Shown one piece after another: positions 49,806-62,552 of a stretch of DNA of 64,000 nt (position 1 is the stretch's first letter; each line of letters begins with the position of its first letter). The DNA is from Nitrosopumilus sp. (lineage in GTDB: Archaea; Thermoproteota; Nitrososphaeria; Nitrososphaerales; Nitrosopumilaceae). The notes beneath the pieces are model-generated. The model saw nothing but the letters and a program-made list of their open reading frames with translations. It did no database searches and was not told where the DNA came from. The position numbers and the translations under genes are program-made. The stretch covers positions 256,001-320,000 of the forward strand of contig OZ241857.1 of the NCBI GenBank assembly GCA_965203315.1. Direction: 5' to 3'.

Positions 49806-51504
49806 GTACGAGGTTAGGTTTAAAAGATCTACCAAAAGGGACAACTTTTCTAGATAATCTAGGCTAAATCCAAACATTACCAATTATGACAATGTCTAGA
49901 CAGATCGCGAGACAAAAGACTACCAAAAAAGATAGGGAGACATCTGCCAAGATAGCAGATCTAGAGGATACTGTCAAGCAGCAAAATGATACCATCGAAC
50001 AACAACAAGAGACCATTACGAGTCTACAAAAACAAGTTGCAAAGCAGAAGAGAATGAATATGAAACTGTACGAGATTTTACTTGCTACAATTATGGGACT
50101 CCAAGTATCTCCAAATTCAATCAATGATTGTTTTAATGTATTCCAAAGGATGATCAAAATTATAGAACGTGGTCAACAACTATCACAGACCAAGATTCGT
50201 AACACCAGAAAAAAGATAGAGGGTAAAAAAGAAAAGATAGAGGTACAAACAGCACAGGCCAAGAACAAAGAAACGAGACGCAAGCAGCTCGACAATTCTA
50301 ACGTACCCTCATCAAAACAACCAGATCATGTAAAAAAGGGTACAAGAAAATCTAAAAGCGAATGGAAAAAAGCAGGACAAGACAAGGGTCACAAAGGAGT
50401 TTCCGACAACATAAAAACAGACAAGACAAGACATCATAAAAAAGAAAAGTGTGATGGATGTGGCAGTAAGCATGTTGACAACAAGAGGTCTAGACAAAAG
50501 AGAACGATTGACATACAGATCATAATATTGCACATACTCCATATCGGATACTTTTACAACTGTAGAGATTGTGGCGCATCAGGCGATACATTCGACAGCA
50601 TCCCAGACATACTACACAACACAATGTTGTGCCCAATTCTAGGCGTGATTGCAACCATAATGAGAAAGAATGGCTGTAGTATCAGAACAATAACTAGTAC
50701 TCTTCAATGCCTAGACCCGTGTATATCTAAAAAGATGGTAACGGGGGCAATAGACACGATTGCCGATAAACTAGACAAATATGTCAAAAAAATAGAGAGA
50801 ATGAACCTAAAATCCAAGGTAATCTACATGGATGAGACGTCGATGTCCCTTGCTGCGAAATTGGGATGGGTCTGGGTTCTTGTCGGCGATTATGGTACGC
50901 AATTCATCATATCGCCAGAGCGTACAAAAGATTTTCTAGAAAAAACGTTCAAAAAGTATATTCTGATACCACTCGTGTCGGATGGATATGTCGTGTACAA
51001 ACTATTCAATGTACGGCAACGTTGTTGGGCGCACATACTGCGAAATGCAAAAGATACAATGTGTGACGTACATACTGTACTAATGTACAAAAGATTGCAG
51101 AAACTACTTGAAATTGCAAAAGCACTACAGGTGGACAATCCCAATCATGTGGACATATACCTAAAATACAGAGTAGATGATCTAGTGCAAAAGACATTAT
51201 CACTTGCAGCAGAGTACAAGAAACTAGACAACGAATCTTGTCGTAAATTTGGAGTTCATTTAGCTAATGCTGCAGATGATCTATACACATTTGTGCTATA
51301 CTATGGTATGGAATACACAAACAACAGAGCAGAGCGAGCTATACGATCAATGGTGCTATTCCGCAAGGTAACTCAACGTATTGTATCTGAGGAGAGTAAA
51401 CGACGAGTTGGCAATATCTTTACATGTGTAACAACATGGGAGCAACAAGGTCTCAACGTCTATGATACACTCCTAAAAGTTGTGCGTGAGACCTAACCTC
51501 ATAC
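49806..51504 (+). mobile_element. IS66-family single-ORF element (ISBst12-like); transposase 49886-51496
   Basis: TIRs GTA(C/T)GAGGTTAGGT; 8-bp TSD CATTTTAT; DET, SDGY, QRCWAH, TNNRAERAIR. Confidence 0.92.
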
Positions 51505-51767
51505 CATTTTATCAATCAAAGATTGGTAAAAAGTGCAATAGTTGAGGTCATAATGTCACATGATTCTCAAAAAACTTTGTGAGTTGTGGAACACATGTTG
51601 ACTATTGTGATCTTTTGACGCTTAGGAAGAAAGTATCTAGTTTCTAGTCTTTGTCAATGTGATGTTTACGCTCTTGTAAAGAACATCTTGGCAGATTAGT
51701 AGTATGGTTTGTGTAGCAAGATCACAATCAGAGCATTCCGCACACAGTTTGTACATATTCGTGATAA

Positions 51768-52207
51768 CCAATCTCTCAAGCAAAAAAGGGTGCCAAACTA
51801 AACTGAAATGGGTTTTTTGTTAATCAGAGCCGTTCCGGTTAAAGAAGAGTACAATCCAACAAGTACATTGGGGTCAAGATCGCCAATCTCTCAAGCAAAA
51901 AAGGGTGTCAAACTAAACTGAAATGGGTTTTTTGTTAATCAGAGCCGTTCCGGTTAAAGAAGAGTACAATCCAACAAGTACATTGGGGTCAAGATCGCCA
52001 ATCTCCCAAGCAAAAAAGGGTGTCAAACTAAACTGAAATGGGTTTTTTGTTAATCAGAGCCGTTCCGGTTAAAGAAGAGTACAATCCAACAAGTACATTG
52101 GGGTCAAGATCGCCAATCTCCCAAGCAAAAAAGGGTGTCAAACTAAACTGAAATGGGTTTTTTGTTAATCAGAGCCGTTCCGGTTAAAGAAGAGTACAAT
52201 CCAACAA
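51768..52207. repeat. Tandem array of a 115-bp unit, ~3.8 copies
   Basis: Units start at 51768, 51883, 51998 and 52113; only two variant positions. Confidence 0.95.
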
Positions 52208-52511
52208 CGTATGAAGGTCACAGATATGAATTGACTGATAAGATTGTGGGTGGGATGGGAAGTCGCTGAGTGCATCACTTTTACAATTCAAAGGTTTTGG
52301 ATATTTGGTGAATAGACAATACTCGATCTCAAGTGACAATACGATTGGTCTTGATCGTTGATATAGAGCTTAATTTTCATGCTCGAACCGCACACCATTT
52401 TTATTGTGTTCGATTAGCTAGTCTTAAATACAAAAAACGATCAACTAAAGTGAAATGAGCTTTTCATTAATTAGACTCGTCTCAATTATAGGACACCGGT
52501 AAAGCGAAGAT

Positions 52512-53672
52512 ATGGATGTTGAAGATTTTACAAAACCTAACGGCAGATTTGTAGCTAATTCTGAAGGTCAAATCTTATTTGTCCCCAAACTATTGCCTCA
52601 AAAGATAAACTACGATCACGAGATGATCGATCTTCTTACAAAGGCAATGGATAAGATCGGCGAGTTGAGAGGCATTGGCAGGCTCATAACCGATCCTAAT
52701 GTATTAATTCGAAGATATGTTCGTAGTGAAGCAACGACTAGTTCCAAAATCGAGGGAACGTTAGTATCGATAAACGATATTCTCCAACACGAGATAGGGG
52801 CGCATATCAGTAAACAAGACGCAGAACGGTTACGGCTACGAGAAGTTCAAAATTATATACGTGTATTGGAATCTAATTTAACATCAATCAGAGATGACAA
52901 AGTATCAATAACGTTAGATCTAATAAAGCAAATACACAAAGACTTGATGGACGGCGTGAGAGGCCACAACATGAAACTTGGGGAATTTAGAAGAGTTCAA
53001 AATTACATTGTCTCACATGGAAACAATATAGAAAGTTCTACATACAATCCACCACCACCAGAATATCTGGACGAGTTATTGAAAAACTTTGAGAATTTTA
53101 TTAAAGATATTCCCGATGATGCGTTTGTTCTTATCTCATGCGCCATAATGCATTACCAATTCGAAGCAATACATCCTTTTGAAGATGGAAATGGTAGGGT
53201 TGGTAGAATATTAATTGCCTTACTGTTAGTGGAGAAAGGAATACTGCCTCAACCACTGTTATATCTTAGTACATATTTTGAGCAAAACATTAGAGAATAC
53301 TATTCTGGCCTACTCGCAGTAAGTCAAAGGAGCGAATTAGATGATTGGGTTAAATTTTTCCTATCTGGTATAATCAAACAAACAACAATGACAATACAAA
53401 ACATAAATAAATTGTTAGAGCTAAAAGATAGATACAAAAATCAGCTAGGAGATATGCGTGTAGGCTCTAAATCAATTTTGTTATTAGATCATTTGATTGA
53501 AAATCCGTTTGTCACTATTCCTTATGTCCGCAACAAACTGTCTACAAGTTATCCTGGAGCTAAAAACATAGTACAAAGACTAATGGAGATCGGAATATTG
53601 GAAGAGACAACAGTCAAGCATAAAAGTAAAGTCTTTGTAGCCCGAGAAATCTTTAATGTGCTAGAGTCATAG
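52512..53672 (+). CDS. Fic family protein (class II, self-inhibited)
   Basis: HPFEDGNGRVGR; N-terminal inhibitory SSKIEG; C-terminal HTH. Confidence 0.92.
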   Translation: MDVEDFTKPNGRFVANSEGQILFVPKLLPQKINYDHEMIDLLTKAMDKIGELRGIGRLITDPNVLIRRYVRSEATTSSKIEGTLVSINDILQHEIGAHISKQDAERLRLREVQNYIRVLESNLTSIRDDKVSITLDLIKQIHKDLMDGVRGHNMKLGEFRRVQNYIVSHGNNIESSTYNPPPPEYLDELLKNFENFIKDIPDDAFVLISCAIMHYQFEAIHPFEDGNGRVGRILIALLLVEKGILPQPLLYLSTYFEQNIREYYSGLLAVSQRSELDDWVKFFLSGIIKQTTMTIQNINKLLELKDRYKNQLGDMRVGSKSILLLDHLIENPFVTIPYVRNKLSTSYPGAKNIVQRLMEIGILEETTVKHKSKVFVAREIFNVLES

Positions 53673-54297
53673 ATGTTGCAAACATGGTAAAACAGATTTG
53701 TCTTGTGAGTGTTTTGTGAAACTGATCGGTCTTTGCCTAAAATTTCTATTTATCAATATCACACATCTTGCATAATGGGCAAAGCCGTTCATCGCTAACC
53801 AGTTGGTTGGGACAAACATACAATCTGACGCGAGACAGAGTGCAGGTTTGCCCAAGTTGATGTTGTGTTGACATATCACAAAGAGTAATGAAATTCGATG
53901 AAGCAAAAGTACCATGCAACGTGCGGAAAAAGGAACCAAGAGCACAACAATTGCAGAATGTATGAGATGGGAGTGTCTACTTGGATTCAAAAGATATAGA
54001 CACGATACAAGAACATAGAACCAAACCAATCTGTATGTCCTAGAACTGCGGATAAACTCTAGAAGAATCTTTGAAGCAATCACACAAACTAGTATCCAGA
54101 TGATCTATTAATGAAGGTCAACTATGTTCGATCACACATGTCTCTAAAGCATGATTCCAAGGGATCATCTGACGCATTTGTTGAGAAACAACCTCTCAAA
54201 AACAGTTGTTGAATCAGATGAACATCATGTCACATAAAGTACTTTACATATTCTACAGCTCAAGATTACAAAGAACCGACTTATATATGACATCCTG

Positions 54298-57200
54298 TTG
54301 AGACTTTACATGAGGTTTCATGTAATATCCTCAAGTTTATTGATAGTATTTTCATTACTGTTTCTGTCCCTTGATCAAGCATATGCCGAGACAGATATTT
54401 CACAGAAATTTGATCCCGGGTTTTATGATAGGATTCAAGATATTGTAGATACAAACTCGCTTATTCTAAACAGTAATGGTTCTATACCCAGTGGTGCATA
54501 TATATCTGATGACTTTTACAATGTTATAATATATGTCACAAGGTACAACGTCAATTCCACTATTCCGGAAGACGTAGCACAAAACAAAGAAAAGATTGTA
54601 GATATACTGAATGAGATCGGTGCCAAAGATATCATTGTCGCAAAATCTCTATCTTTCATTACTGCTTCTGTTCCTGTTAACGAGATATCTCATCTTGCTA
54701 CACATGATATTGTATATCAAATCGGAGATGGTCAAGAAATGATTGGAATCCAAATAGATAAATCAAAAAAGGTTGTTTTAGGATCTACTAAAGATATTCC
54801 AATACATAATGGCAGCAGAGTCACAGGTAAGGGAATAGTTGTATCTGTAGTAGACAGTGGCATAAACCACCTGGCTCTTAATGACAAAGTAACAAAGAGA
54901 ATTTACTGTCCATCTGACACATGCAAGATAAAAAAGGGATTATTTCGAGGTCCCGTATCATTTGACCTTGGTATATTGAATGGTACCTCGCCTATCACTC
55001 ATGGTACCAAAGTAGCCCAAATACTCGCAGCCTCAGGACTGTATGAAGAAAATGGAATTGCACCAGGAGTTACACTACTTGATGCATTATGGGCATCAGA
55101 GTATCGTGGTAGTAGATTACACCAACGACACTCAAGTACTGCGTTTGCACATTCACTAGATTGGTCACATACACAAGGTGCTGATGTAATAAATCTTAGC
55201 GGTGGTACTTTCTTGGCATGTAATCCAAATACTGTAACTTCAACTTTAAATTTAATTGCAGATGAAGTAGTTGAAAAGGGAATAGTGTTTGTCATCGCGG
55301 CTGGTAATCACGGGTCTTCTTACAACGTTCCAAAATATAATAGTGTTCCCGCGCTTAACTGTGCTCACAACTTGATCACCGTGGGCGGAGTAAATACATG
55401 GAGTTCTATTAAAATGTACAAAGGATCTAGCAGGGGACCCTCTCATGACAGTACGCCCATATTGAAACCAGAGATTGTAGCTCCTGCTGTTTTTGTTACT
55501 GTGGGAGATTCAGCGATAAGAGACGGATCTTATACTTATATGTCGGGTACAAGTGCTGCAACACCACTAGTATCTGGTACAACCGCATTGATGTTAGAAG
55601 CAAATCCACAATTAACCCCAGCTGACGTAAAAGCGTTGTTATTGCTGGGTGCAAACTGGACTGGTCCGGTACCGTGCACATCCAAACAGTACGAACAACA
55701 TAACCCTCAAGATAACTGTTCTTTTGCAAGAAAACCTAGCAATACAATCACCGCAAACAATAAACAATCATTAGGGATATTAAATAATGTAGGGTTTGGT
55801 ATACTAAATACACGACAAGCAGTACAATATGCCTATCAGCCAGACAATTACATCTCAGATTACATTGATAGTACAAACAATACAAGAAAATACGCGATCA
55901 ATATAACGGACACATCAAAACCAGTAAAGATAATTCTTAATTGGTTGATTAAAGCACCCGGCAACCAAATACATAAACCTGGTGGATTGTACATATCTCC
56001 TTACACAGATCTCAATTTTAATGTAAAATGTGAAAGTGGCCAAACTCTTAATGCTACCTCAAAATATCAGACAAATGAATTTGTAGTGTTTCAACCTACT
56101 GCAAAAGGAATATGTGATGTGACTGTCACACATAGTACAAGCCGACTTGTATATTTTGCACAGACTGTTTTAAGTCAAAGTACAATACAACAAAATTACA
56201 CTATTGCGAGTACAGTACCATTTATCACACTCACGGAGACACCCCCGAATAGACAACCTACTATACAACCTGTTGTACCTGACCCGGCAAACAATGCCAC
56301 ATCAATACCGCCTCCTCCTCCACCACCACAGCTGCCTGTTCAAGTGTCACCTCCACCACAAAACACTACACAAACAGAGACTATACAAATAACTAAACCT
56401 GTGTCTAAGGGATTTGACAACAACGGTAGAACAATCGATCTGTACCATGGCATCAGCGATAGAATAAGAATAGATACGGCGTATCAACACGATGGCACAT
56501 CGTACCATGTTAACAATAAAGCATATATCACAATGTTCCGCGATACATGGATAACAAATAAACAATTCACAGCTCAGGGTGGACAGTACTGTTATGTAGG
56601 AGATCTGCTAGTTGGGCAAGATGCAGATATATCTCAAAACCATACAAACACACTGAATATAAAATTTAGACAGTCTACCGATCCCGGTAGATGCAATGGC
56701 TCACCAAGTATTACGCTTGATGATAAACTAGTACTGAGTAAAGAAGTGTATGTACGATTTGTAGGTACAAATGGTCAAACACCATTCTATTACAATGGAT
56801 CTGATGTAATAGAGATACTAAAATGTTCTAGTGAGAACTTTGACCGTAACATAAACCGTTGGATTCAAACAAACCATTTGATAGGAGATACAGAAGTATG
56901 TTATGGTAAAGACGGAAATGATACTATATTGGTATCAAAGGTACTTGCCGTATTTGGTGTAACAACACAAGATTTATCACAAAAAGTAATACCAAAACCA
57001 CCGTCGCAACAACCCCCTCCACCTGTACAAACAATCAATCCAATGGTACAATTACCAATACAAGATTATACTATATACAATAACACAATAAATGGTAATA
57101 ATGTTGATCAAGAAAAAATTGATACAGTACATAAAATGTTGCCAATTTGTACTCAAACATATTCGCCCATCAAACAATCTGTAAAATTATCTAGTAATGG

Positions 57201-59307
57201 AGATGTGGATGTTTATTATTCTAGTAAAGGAGATTTTGATCATGGTACCATATTCACAACAATAAAAAATGATTCTGGAACATTTACTGCAGTATCTTCA
57301 GATCCTACTTTGATATCTAGTGCTAAAAAGAAATTTGAGTACTCAAACACAATTCCAAACAACATAATAAATACAGATAATGATCATCTTGGTATACGAT
57401 CATTCTTTTTCATGCCCAATAATATAATAAACAGTACACAAATATTCAGTAACAACTCTGATGGAATTCCTTTGTTTTACAAGTCCGGCTCTATAGCTGT
57501 ACAATTACCTTCTGCCGTTAATGGAACCGCATTTGTATCTGGTACTCTTGATGGTCTAACTGGCAACGTGTACATTCCTTCAGATGACACCATAACATTG
57601 AATGAAGATGTGTTTTGTGAGTTTGGCAAGACGAAACCAAATAATATTGGAAAGATATTTGATTTGAATATAAAAGCTAAAAATGTGACTCAGGGATTAG
57701 AAGTTACATACAAGTTTGGAAAACAGAAATTTCAATCTGGAAATGATACAGCTAAAGAAGTAAGACCAAACATATTACATTGGGTTTTGTCTAATTCAAA
57801 TAATACCATACATGGCAACACCACCGAAAAGGTAAAGAATGATCACAAATTTACAATTCCGTTAAGCACGGATGATGTTTATGATGTTATAATATATGGC
57901 ACAAACAAGCAAGAAGGAAAGCTATTGGGCGTGTATAGAGATTCAATAAAATATGTTAATCCATCACCACCTATTGTACAACCTGTTATGCCTGATCCAG
58001 ATCCGCCTGAACAGCCTCCACCACCTCCACAGTGTGAACAAGGTATGAGACTTGTAGGTGATCAGTGTGTACCTGTTGCACCGCCTCCACAGCAGCCACC
58101 TGTTCAACCGCCAGTACAAAATACCACACAAACAGACACTATCCAAATAACTGTACCTGGATCCATGGAATATAACACCGGTGATAGAACGATCGATCTG
58201 TACCATGGTATACATAATAGACTAAGAATAGATACTGCATACCCTGACGGAGGTACAGCATATCATATTAATGATAAAGCATACATTGTGATGTTCCGTG
58301 ACACGTGGATTACAAATAAACAGTTTACAGCTAGTGGTGGACAGTACTGTTATGTAGCTGATTTACTGGTCGGTCAAGATGCAAATATATCCATCCAACA
58401 CACAAACACATTAAATCTTAAATTTAGACAGTCTACACAAGATAACAGGTGTGGTGGATCACCGACCATTGATTTAACAGGTAAACTCGTACTTGGTAAA
58501 GAAGTGTATGTGAGATTTGTAGGTACAAATGGTCAGATACCGTTTTATTATAATGGATCTGTTGTAACAGAAATACCAAAATGTACAGATGCTAACTTTA
58601 ATACAAATCGATTGATTGGTGATGCAGAAATTTGTTATGGTAAAGACGGAAACGATACAATACTCGTTTCAAAGATACTAGCAATATTTGGAGTTACAAC
58701 ACAAGACTTGACGCCAAAACCTCCGCCAGCACCAATTGTACCAACAATATCAATAACTGTACCAAAATCGATGGAATTTGATAACACGGGCAGAACAATC
58801 GATTTGTATGGTGGAATCAATAATAAACTACGAATAGATACTGCTTATCAACATGATGGTACTTCATATCATGTCAACGATAAAGCATACATTACAATGT
58901 TCCGTGACACGTGGATAACGAATAAAGTGTTTACAGCTAGTGGTGGACAGTACTGTTATGGAGGTGATTTAGTAGTGGGTCAAAATTCCAAGATAACAAG
59001 AGATCATACAAATGTGTTGAATTTACAATTTAGACAAATACATGAAGCGAGGTGTGTCGGTTCTCCAGATATTGCGCTAGATGATAAACTAGTACTAGAC
59101 AAAGAGGCATATGTAAGATTTGTAGATATGGATGGCACAGTACCATTTTATCATGATGGTACTAGTACAACAGATATACCAAAATGTACCGACGCAAACT
59201 TTAACAGTGCTACAAATCAGTTAATTGGTAATACCGAGATATGTTATGGAAAAGATGGAAACGATACAATATTGGTGTCTAAAATACTAGCTGTGTTTGG
59301 TGCGTAG
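54298..59307 (+). CDS. Large secreted S8 (subtilisin-like) protease with repeated C-terminal modules
   Basis: Signal peptide; VDSG, THGT, AAGN and GTSAATP; Pro-rich linkers; three ~190-aa repeats. Confidence 0.9.
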   Translation: MRLYMRFHVISSSLLIVFSLLFLSLDQAYAETDISQKFDPGFYDRIQDIVDTNSLILNSNGSIPSGAYISDDFYNVIIYVTRYNVNSTIPEDVAQNKEKIVDILNEIGAKDIIVAKSLSFITASVPVNEISHLATHDIVYQIGDGQEMIGIQIDKSKKVVLGSTKDIPIHNGSRVTGKGIVVSVVDSGINHLALNDKVTKRIYCPSDTCKIKKGLFRGPVSFDLGILNGTSPITHGTKVAQILAASGLYEENGIAPGVTLLDALWASEYRGSRLHQRHSSTAFAHSLDWSHTQGADVINLSGGTFLACNPNTVTSTLNLIADEVVEKGIVFVIAAGNHGSSYNVPKYNSVPALNCAHNLITVGGVNTWSSIKMYKGSSRGPSHDSTPILKPEIVAPAVFVTVGDSAIRDGSYTYMSGTSAATPLVSGTTALMLEANPQLTPADVKALLLLGANWTGPVPCTSKQYEQHNPQDNCSFARKPSNTITANNKQSLGILNNVGFGILNTRQAVQYAYQPDNYISDYIDSTNNTRKYAINITDTSKPVKIILNWLIKAPGNQIHKPGGLYISPYTDLNFNVKCESGQTLNATSKYQTNEFVVFQPTAKGICDVTVTHSTSRLVYFAQTVLSQSTIQQNYTIASTVPFITLTETPPNRQPTIQPVVPDPANNATSIPPPPPPPQLPVQVSPPPQNTTQTETIQITKPVSKGFDNNGRTIDLYHGISDRIRIDTAYQHDGTSYHVNNKAYITMFRDTWITNKQFTAQGGQYCYVGDLLVGQDADISQNHTNTLNIKFRQSTDPGRCNGSPSITLDDKLVLSKEVYVRFVGTNGQTPFYYNGSDVIEILKCSSENFDRNINRWIQTNHLIGDTEVCYGKDGNDTILVSKVLAVFGVTTQDLSQKVIPKPPSQQPPPPVQTINPMVQLPIQDYTIYNNTINGNNVDQEKIDTVHKMLPICTQTYSPIKQSVKLSSNGDVDVYYSSKGDFDHGTIFTTIKNDSGTFTAVSSDPTLISSAKKKFEYSNTIPNNIINTDNDHLGIRSFFFMPNNIINSTQIFSNNSDGIPLFYKSGSIAVQLPSAVNGTAFVSGTLDGLTGNVYIPSDDTITLNEDVFCEFGKTKPNNIGKIFDLNIKAKNVTQGLEVTYKFGKQKFQSGNDTAKEVRPNILHWVLSNSNNTIHGNTTEKVKNDHKFTIPLSTDDVYDVIIYGTNKQEGKLLGVYRDSIKYVNPSPPIVQPVMPDPDPPEQPPPPPQCEQGMRLVGDQCVPVAPPPQQPPVQPPVQNTTQTDTIQITVPGSMEYNTGDRTIDLYHGIHNRLRIDTAYPDGGTAYHINDKAYIVMFRDTWITNKQFTASGGQYCYVADLLVGQDANISIQHTNTLNLKFRQSTQDNRCGGSPTIDLTGKLVLGKEVYVRFVGTNGQIPFYYNGSVVTEIPKCTDANFNTNRLIGDAEICYGKDGNDTILVSKILAIFGVTTQDLTPKPPPAPIVPTISITVPKSMEFDNTGRTIDLYGGINNKLRIDTAYQHDGTSYHVNDKAYITMFRDTWITNKVFTASGGQYCYGGDLVVGQNSKITRDHTNVLNLQFRQIHEARCVGSPDIALDDKLVLDKEAYVRFVDMDGTVPFYHDGTSTTDIPKCTDANFNSATNQLIGNTEICYGKDGNDTILVSKILAVFGA

Positions 59308-59322
59308 TGAAATCCCATCAAC

Positions 59323-59525
59323 GGTGATTGAGTATCCATTACCCCAAATTATTCTTGAATCATGTACAAATCTAATGTCCGAAATCAATCAAAAAATAAA
59401 GATATGTATCCGAAATTGATTGAAAAATCAATGGATTCTATCTCATTATGTTAGAATTGTGTATCTGTTTTGTTGTGTTATTGATCAGTAGGTATGGGGG
59501 CGGGGACTCGATATCCATGATCGTC
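59323..59525. mobile_element. MITE family D, copy 2
   Basis: Homologous to 932-1133 (GTACAAAT.TAATGTCCGAAATCA...ATGGATTCTATCTC). Confidence 0.65.
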
Positions 59526-59605
59526 TACTCTTAAAGTAATATTCTGGGATCCAGCATTACGGACACATCTCAAATATTTTTATGTGGGTATGGGGATAAA
59601 TTAAT

Positions 59606-60220
59606 ATGGCAATCGACACTGCAACTCTAGAGATCAGTGAACTCGAAAAGTACATACTTTTGCTCGTATACGTGGATGACAAGCCAATATACGGTAGGCA
59701 AAAGCTCCAAGTTTTGATGTACATGTTGGGTGATCCCTATCCAGAAATAAGAGAGTGATGTAATTTCACAATAAAGGATGACGGGCCATACAGTGCAATT
59801 TTAGATGATACTTTGGAACATCTTGTACAAATGGAACTACTGGTCGAACAGGACGATACTATTCAATTAACCAAGCATAGCATAGAGTATGCTAGAATGA
59901 TTGGAGAAGAGAAGGGCGGATTCCCAGAAGTTCTAGATGTATTTGACCCAAAGATGTCGTGGGTATTTAATAACTATAAAGATATTCTAAATGACGTAAC
60001 TATTCCAGAGATGTTATCGTACATGTATTGCAAGTATCCAGATATGACCAAAAACTCTACAACATATGAGAAACTCAAACCAGATATTGAGGAACACATA
60101 TTTTCAATGATTGCAAAAGAAAATCTTGGTGGTGGGCGAGCAGGAGAGCTACTAGGCGAAACTGTATACGATATGCAACGCAAGTTGCTCGACAGAGGAT
60201 TACTGAAACTAGAGTTATGA
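59606..60220 (+). pseudogene. YwgA/Panacea-like::UPF0175 fusion, copy 3, with a nonsense mutation
   Basis: MAIDTATLEISELEKY... from 59606; TGA at 59756-59758 where the paralogs have TGG (W). Confidence 0.85.
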
Positions 60221-60717
60221 AGATATTAGACGCGTCTGTGTTGATTGGAATATTTGATCTTATCAATAGGCCAGATGTATTTGATGATATTTTAAAATTA
60301 GGGCATGAACTAGTGATCCCAAAATATGTTCAAAAAGAGTTAGAGGCCAAGCCATCAAATATAGATGTACAAAAACTAATTAAAGAAGGTAAACTCATCC
60401 GTTTAGAAAAAAATTTGCTTGTAGAGATTAATGTCTTTAGACAAAATGCAGAAAATTTAAAATTTGGTGAGATAGATGTAATCTTGACCTATCAAAAACT
60501 AGGAGGATACAAAAATAATGTCTATTGTGTATTGGATGATGGTAATGCACGAAAAGTAGCCTCAAAAGCAAAAATAAAACACACAGGATTAATTGGATTG
60601 ATTCTAATGTTAGAAGATAGAGGAATCAAGAACTTTGATGAGGCTGATGAGATTCTAACCCTGCTATACAATTCTGGAGTTCATGCGAAAGTCGTTTTGA
60701 AGACTCTGGACACCTAG
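60217..60717 (+). CDS. PIN-domain putative toxin (copy 3); C-terminal 13 aa displaced by an IS
   Basis: ILDASVLI, FGE, LDDGNA; native tail EFQMPKDFKHIRR* at 62220-62261. Confidence 0.78.
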   Translation: MKILDASVLIGIFDLINRPDVFDDILKLGHELVIPKYVQKELEAKPSNIDVQKLIKEGKLIRLEKNLLVEINVFRQNAENLKFGEIDVILTYQKLGGYKNNVYCVLDDGNARKVASKAKIKHTGLIGLILMLEDRGIKNFDEADEILTLLYNSGVHAKVVLKTLDT

Positions 60718-62216
60718 CAACAAAGACATTCCAAATTATAAAGTGATCTCAGGTTTGTGATCTGTGGAATTGTACGATTATGCATGTACGCAGAGTCAAA
60801 ACAGTGAATTATACCTTGATATTTTACAATATCATTCTATAAATCACAATGTTGGTGCGTATTATTTACGCAACTATGCGGTGAGATAATTTCATCTTTT
60901 TTAGTTTAGCCTGTTTTTTACGGTTTATCTTTACTCTCCATGCTGCAACAAGCTCTTCTAATCTAGGACTAGGTCTGCCGTGTTCATGATCCCAAAGAAT
61001 GTGATAGTTGACCAGTGTAGATGCCATCTTGAAGGCATCGTTGTATTGGTCGTCATCTCCTCGGAACATGTTGAACAAGAGTTTAAACTGCTTTACACAT
61101 CCAACTACGTGTTCTACTGTAGCGCGTTCACTGTCTATCTTTTTGTTGTATATCTCTTGTTCTTTTGTGAGTTGCCCACCTTTGGGTTTCTTGTATTTTA
61201 TGCCTATCTTGGCACCTACAAAGATATCTCGAATCCCTAGGAATCCTAGATCTACTAGAATGTACAGTCTTTGACGAAGTGGAGTGTTTGGATCTGTTAA
61301 CGACATGGACCACTTGCCAAGATTCAGTTTGAGCTCTTTGAATATGCTGAAATCGTGTGTCTTACCAGGAAACGTAGGAGACACATGTACTATCAGTCTC
61401 TCTTTTGTACACATCAATAGCGTATTTACCGTATGCATCTTTTTTTTGCCTGATTTGTAGTCATTGCGTATCTCTCTATCTACGGGTGTTGGAACACGAG
61501 TGTGTGATCCATCGAACAAGAATGTGTGATCCTTTACCCATTTTGCAAGCTCTTTCTTTGTCTTGCATTTACTTATCGCATTTGCCAACTCGTCTGGCGA
61601 AAAACCCAAACTCTGAAAAAACTGATTCATGTATGTACAGTACCGGGATACATTACTCTGATCTATGCCAAATCTACTGGCAAGATGGCACTGACTGTGA
61701 CCACTCACCAGTCTCAGAATTGCCAAGAGCATGGCATACTCGGGAGTTAGTTTGGATATTCTTCCACGTACTATGAGAACATTACGAAACTGTCTGTGAA
61801 CATCTGCTGCCGGTATCCATTCTATAAACAGGCCGAGCAAAAAGTTAAACATGTCAAAATCCAGCTTTGTATGCTCCCATAGAGTCTTTTCATTGCTAAG
61901 AATGTTCTTACATGGAGGGAGCTCGAGTTCTTTTTTTGCTGCTTTGAGCTGTTCTTCTGCTATATCTGCACGTTCTTCGGCTGCTTTGAGTCGTTGTTCA
62001 AGCACTAGTTCCTTGTTCGGATTAGCCATACTCTTGTTTATTCAAATTAGTATTTACCATAGAGTGTATTAAAAAATTGTCTTGTTGCGTATTCTATTTT
62101 TGGTTAATTTTTTACTCCTCCTCACATACACGAAACCCGCAATAACTCGGAGAATTTAGTCAGATTTGACCCATCACGCATCATATGTGCCTGAAAATGA
62201 CTTTCGCATGAACTCC
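60676..62216 (-). mobile_element. IS5/ISL2-like element, second copy; transposase 62029-60866
   Basis: Same 1541-bp length and identical protein; TSD TCT; only a few SNPs from copy 1. Confidence 0.93.
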
Positions 62217-62422
62217 TCTGAATTCCAAATGCCTAAAGATTTTAAACATATTCGTAGATAGCTCTTGTCTGTTAGTATTTTTGTACAAAATATGCCCACG
62301 AAAATAAATTTTGGTATCAATAACATGATTAAATCTCTATGAACCAAAATGTAATGTTCAAATCCTTTTTTACCTTATGAGGATGGCGTTTTTTAATTAA
62401 TCAACATAGCGGTTGATAACAC

Positions 62423-62539
62423 GGATCTTTTTGGTTTACGTGGAATGTGAATAGTTGCAGAAAAATCACCACAAGATTTTATGAGGGAAAATTATGGAAA
62501 ACCTTACAAAATGCTATCACACGTAAATCGAAAAGATCT
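62423..62539. mobile_element. MITE family B copy
   Basis: GGATCTTTTTGGTTTACGTGG...CACGTAAATCGAAAAGATCT. Confidence 0.8.
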
Positions 62540-62552
62540 GATAGCAACGATG

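Noticed and set aside
51768-52207. Tandem array as a CRISPR
   Set aside because: Units are identical along their whole length with no unique spacers; no cas genes in the window
53667-54083. 138-aa minus-strand ORF after Fic
   Set aside because: No recognisable motif and atypical composition; probably decayed DNA
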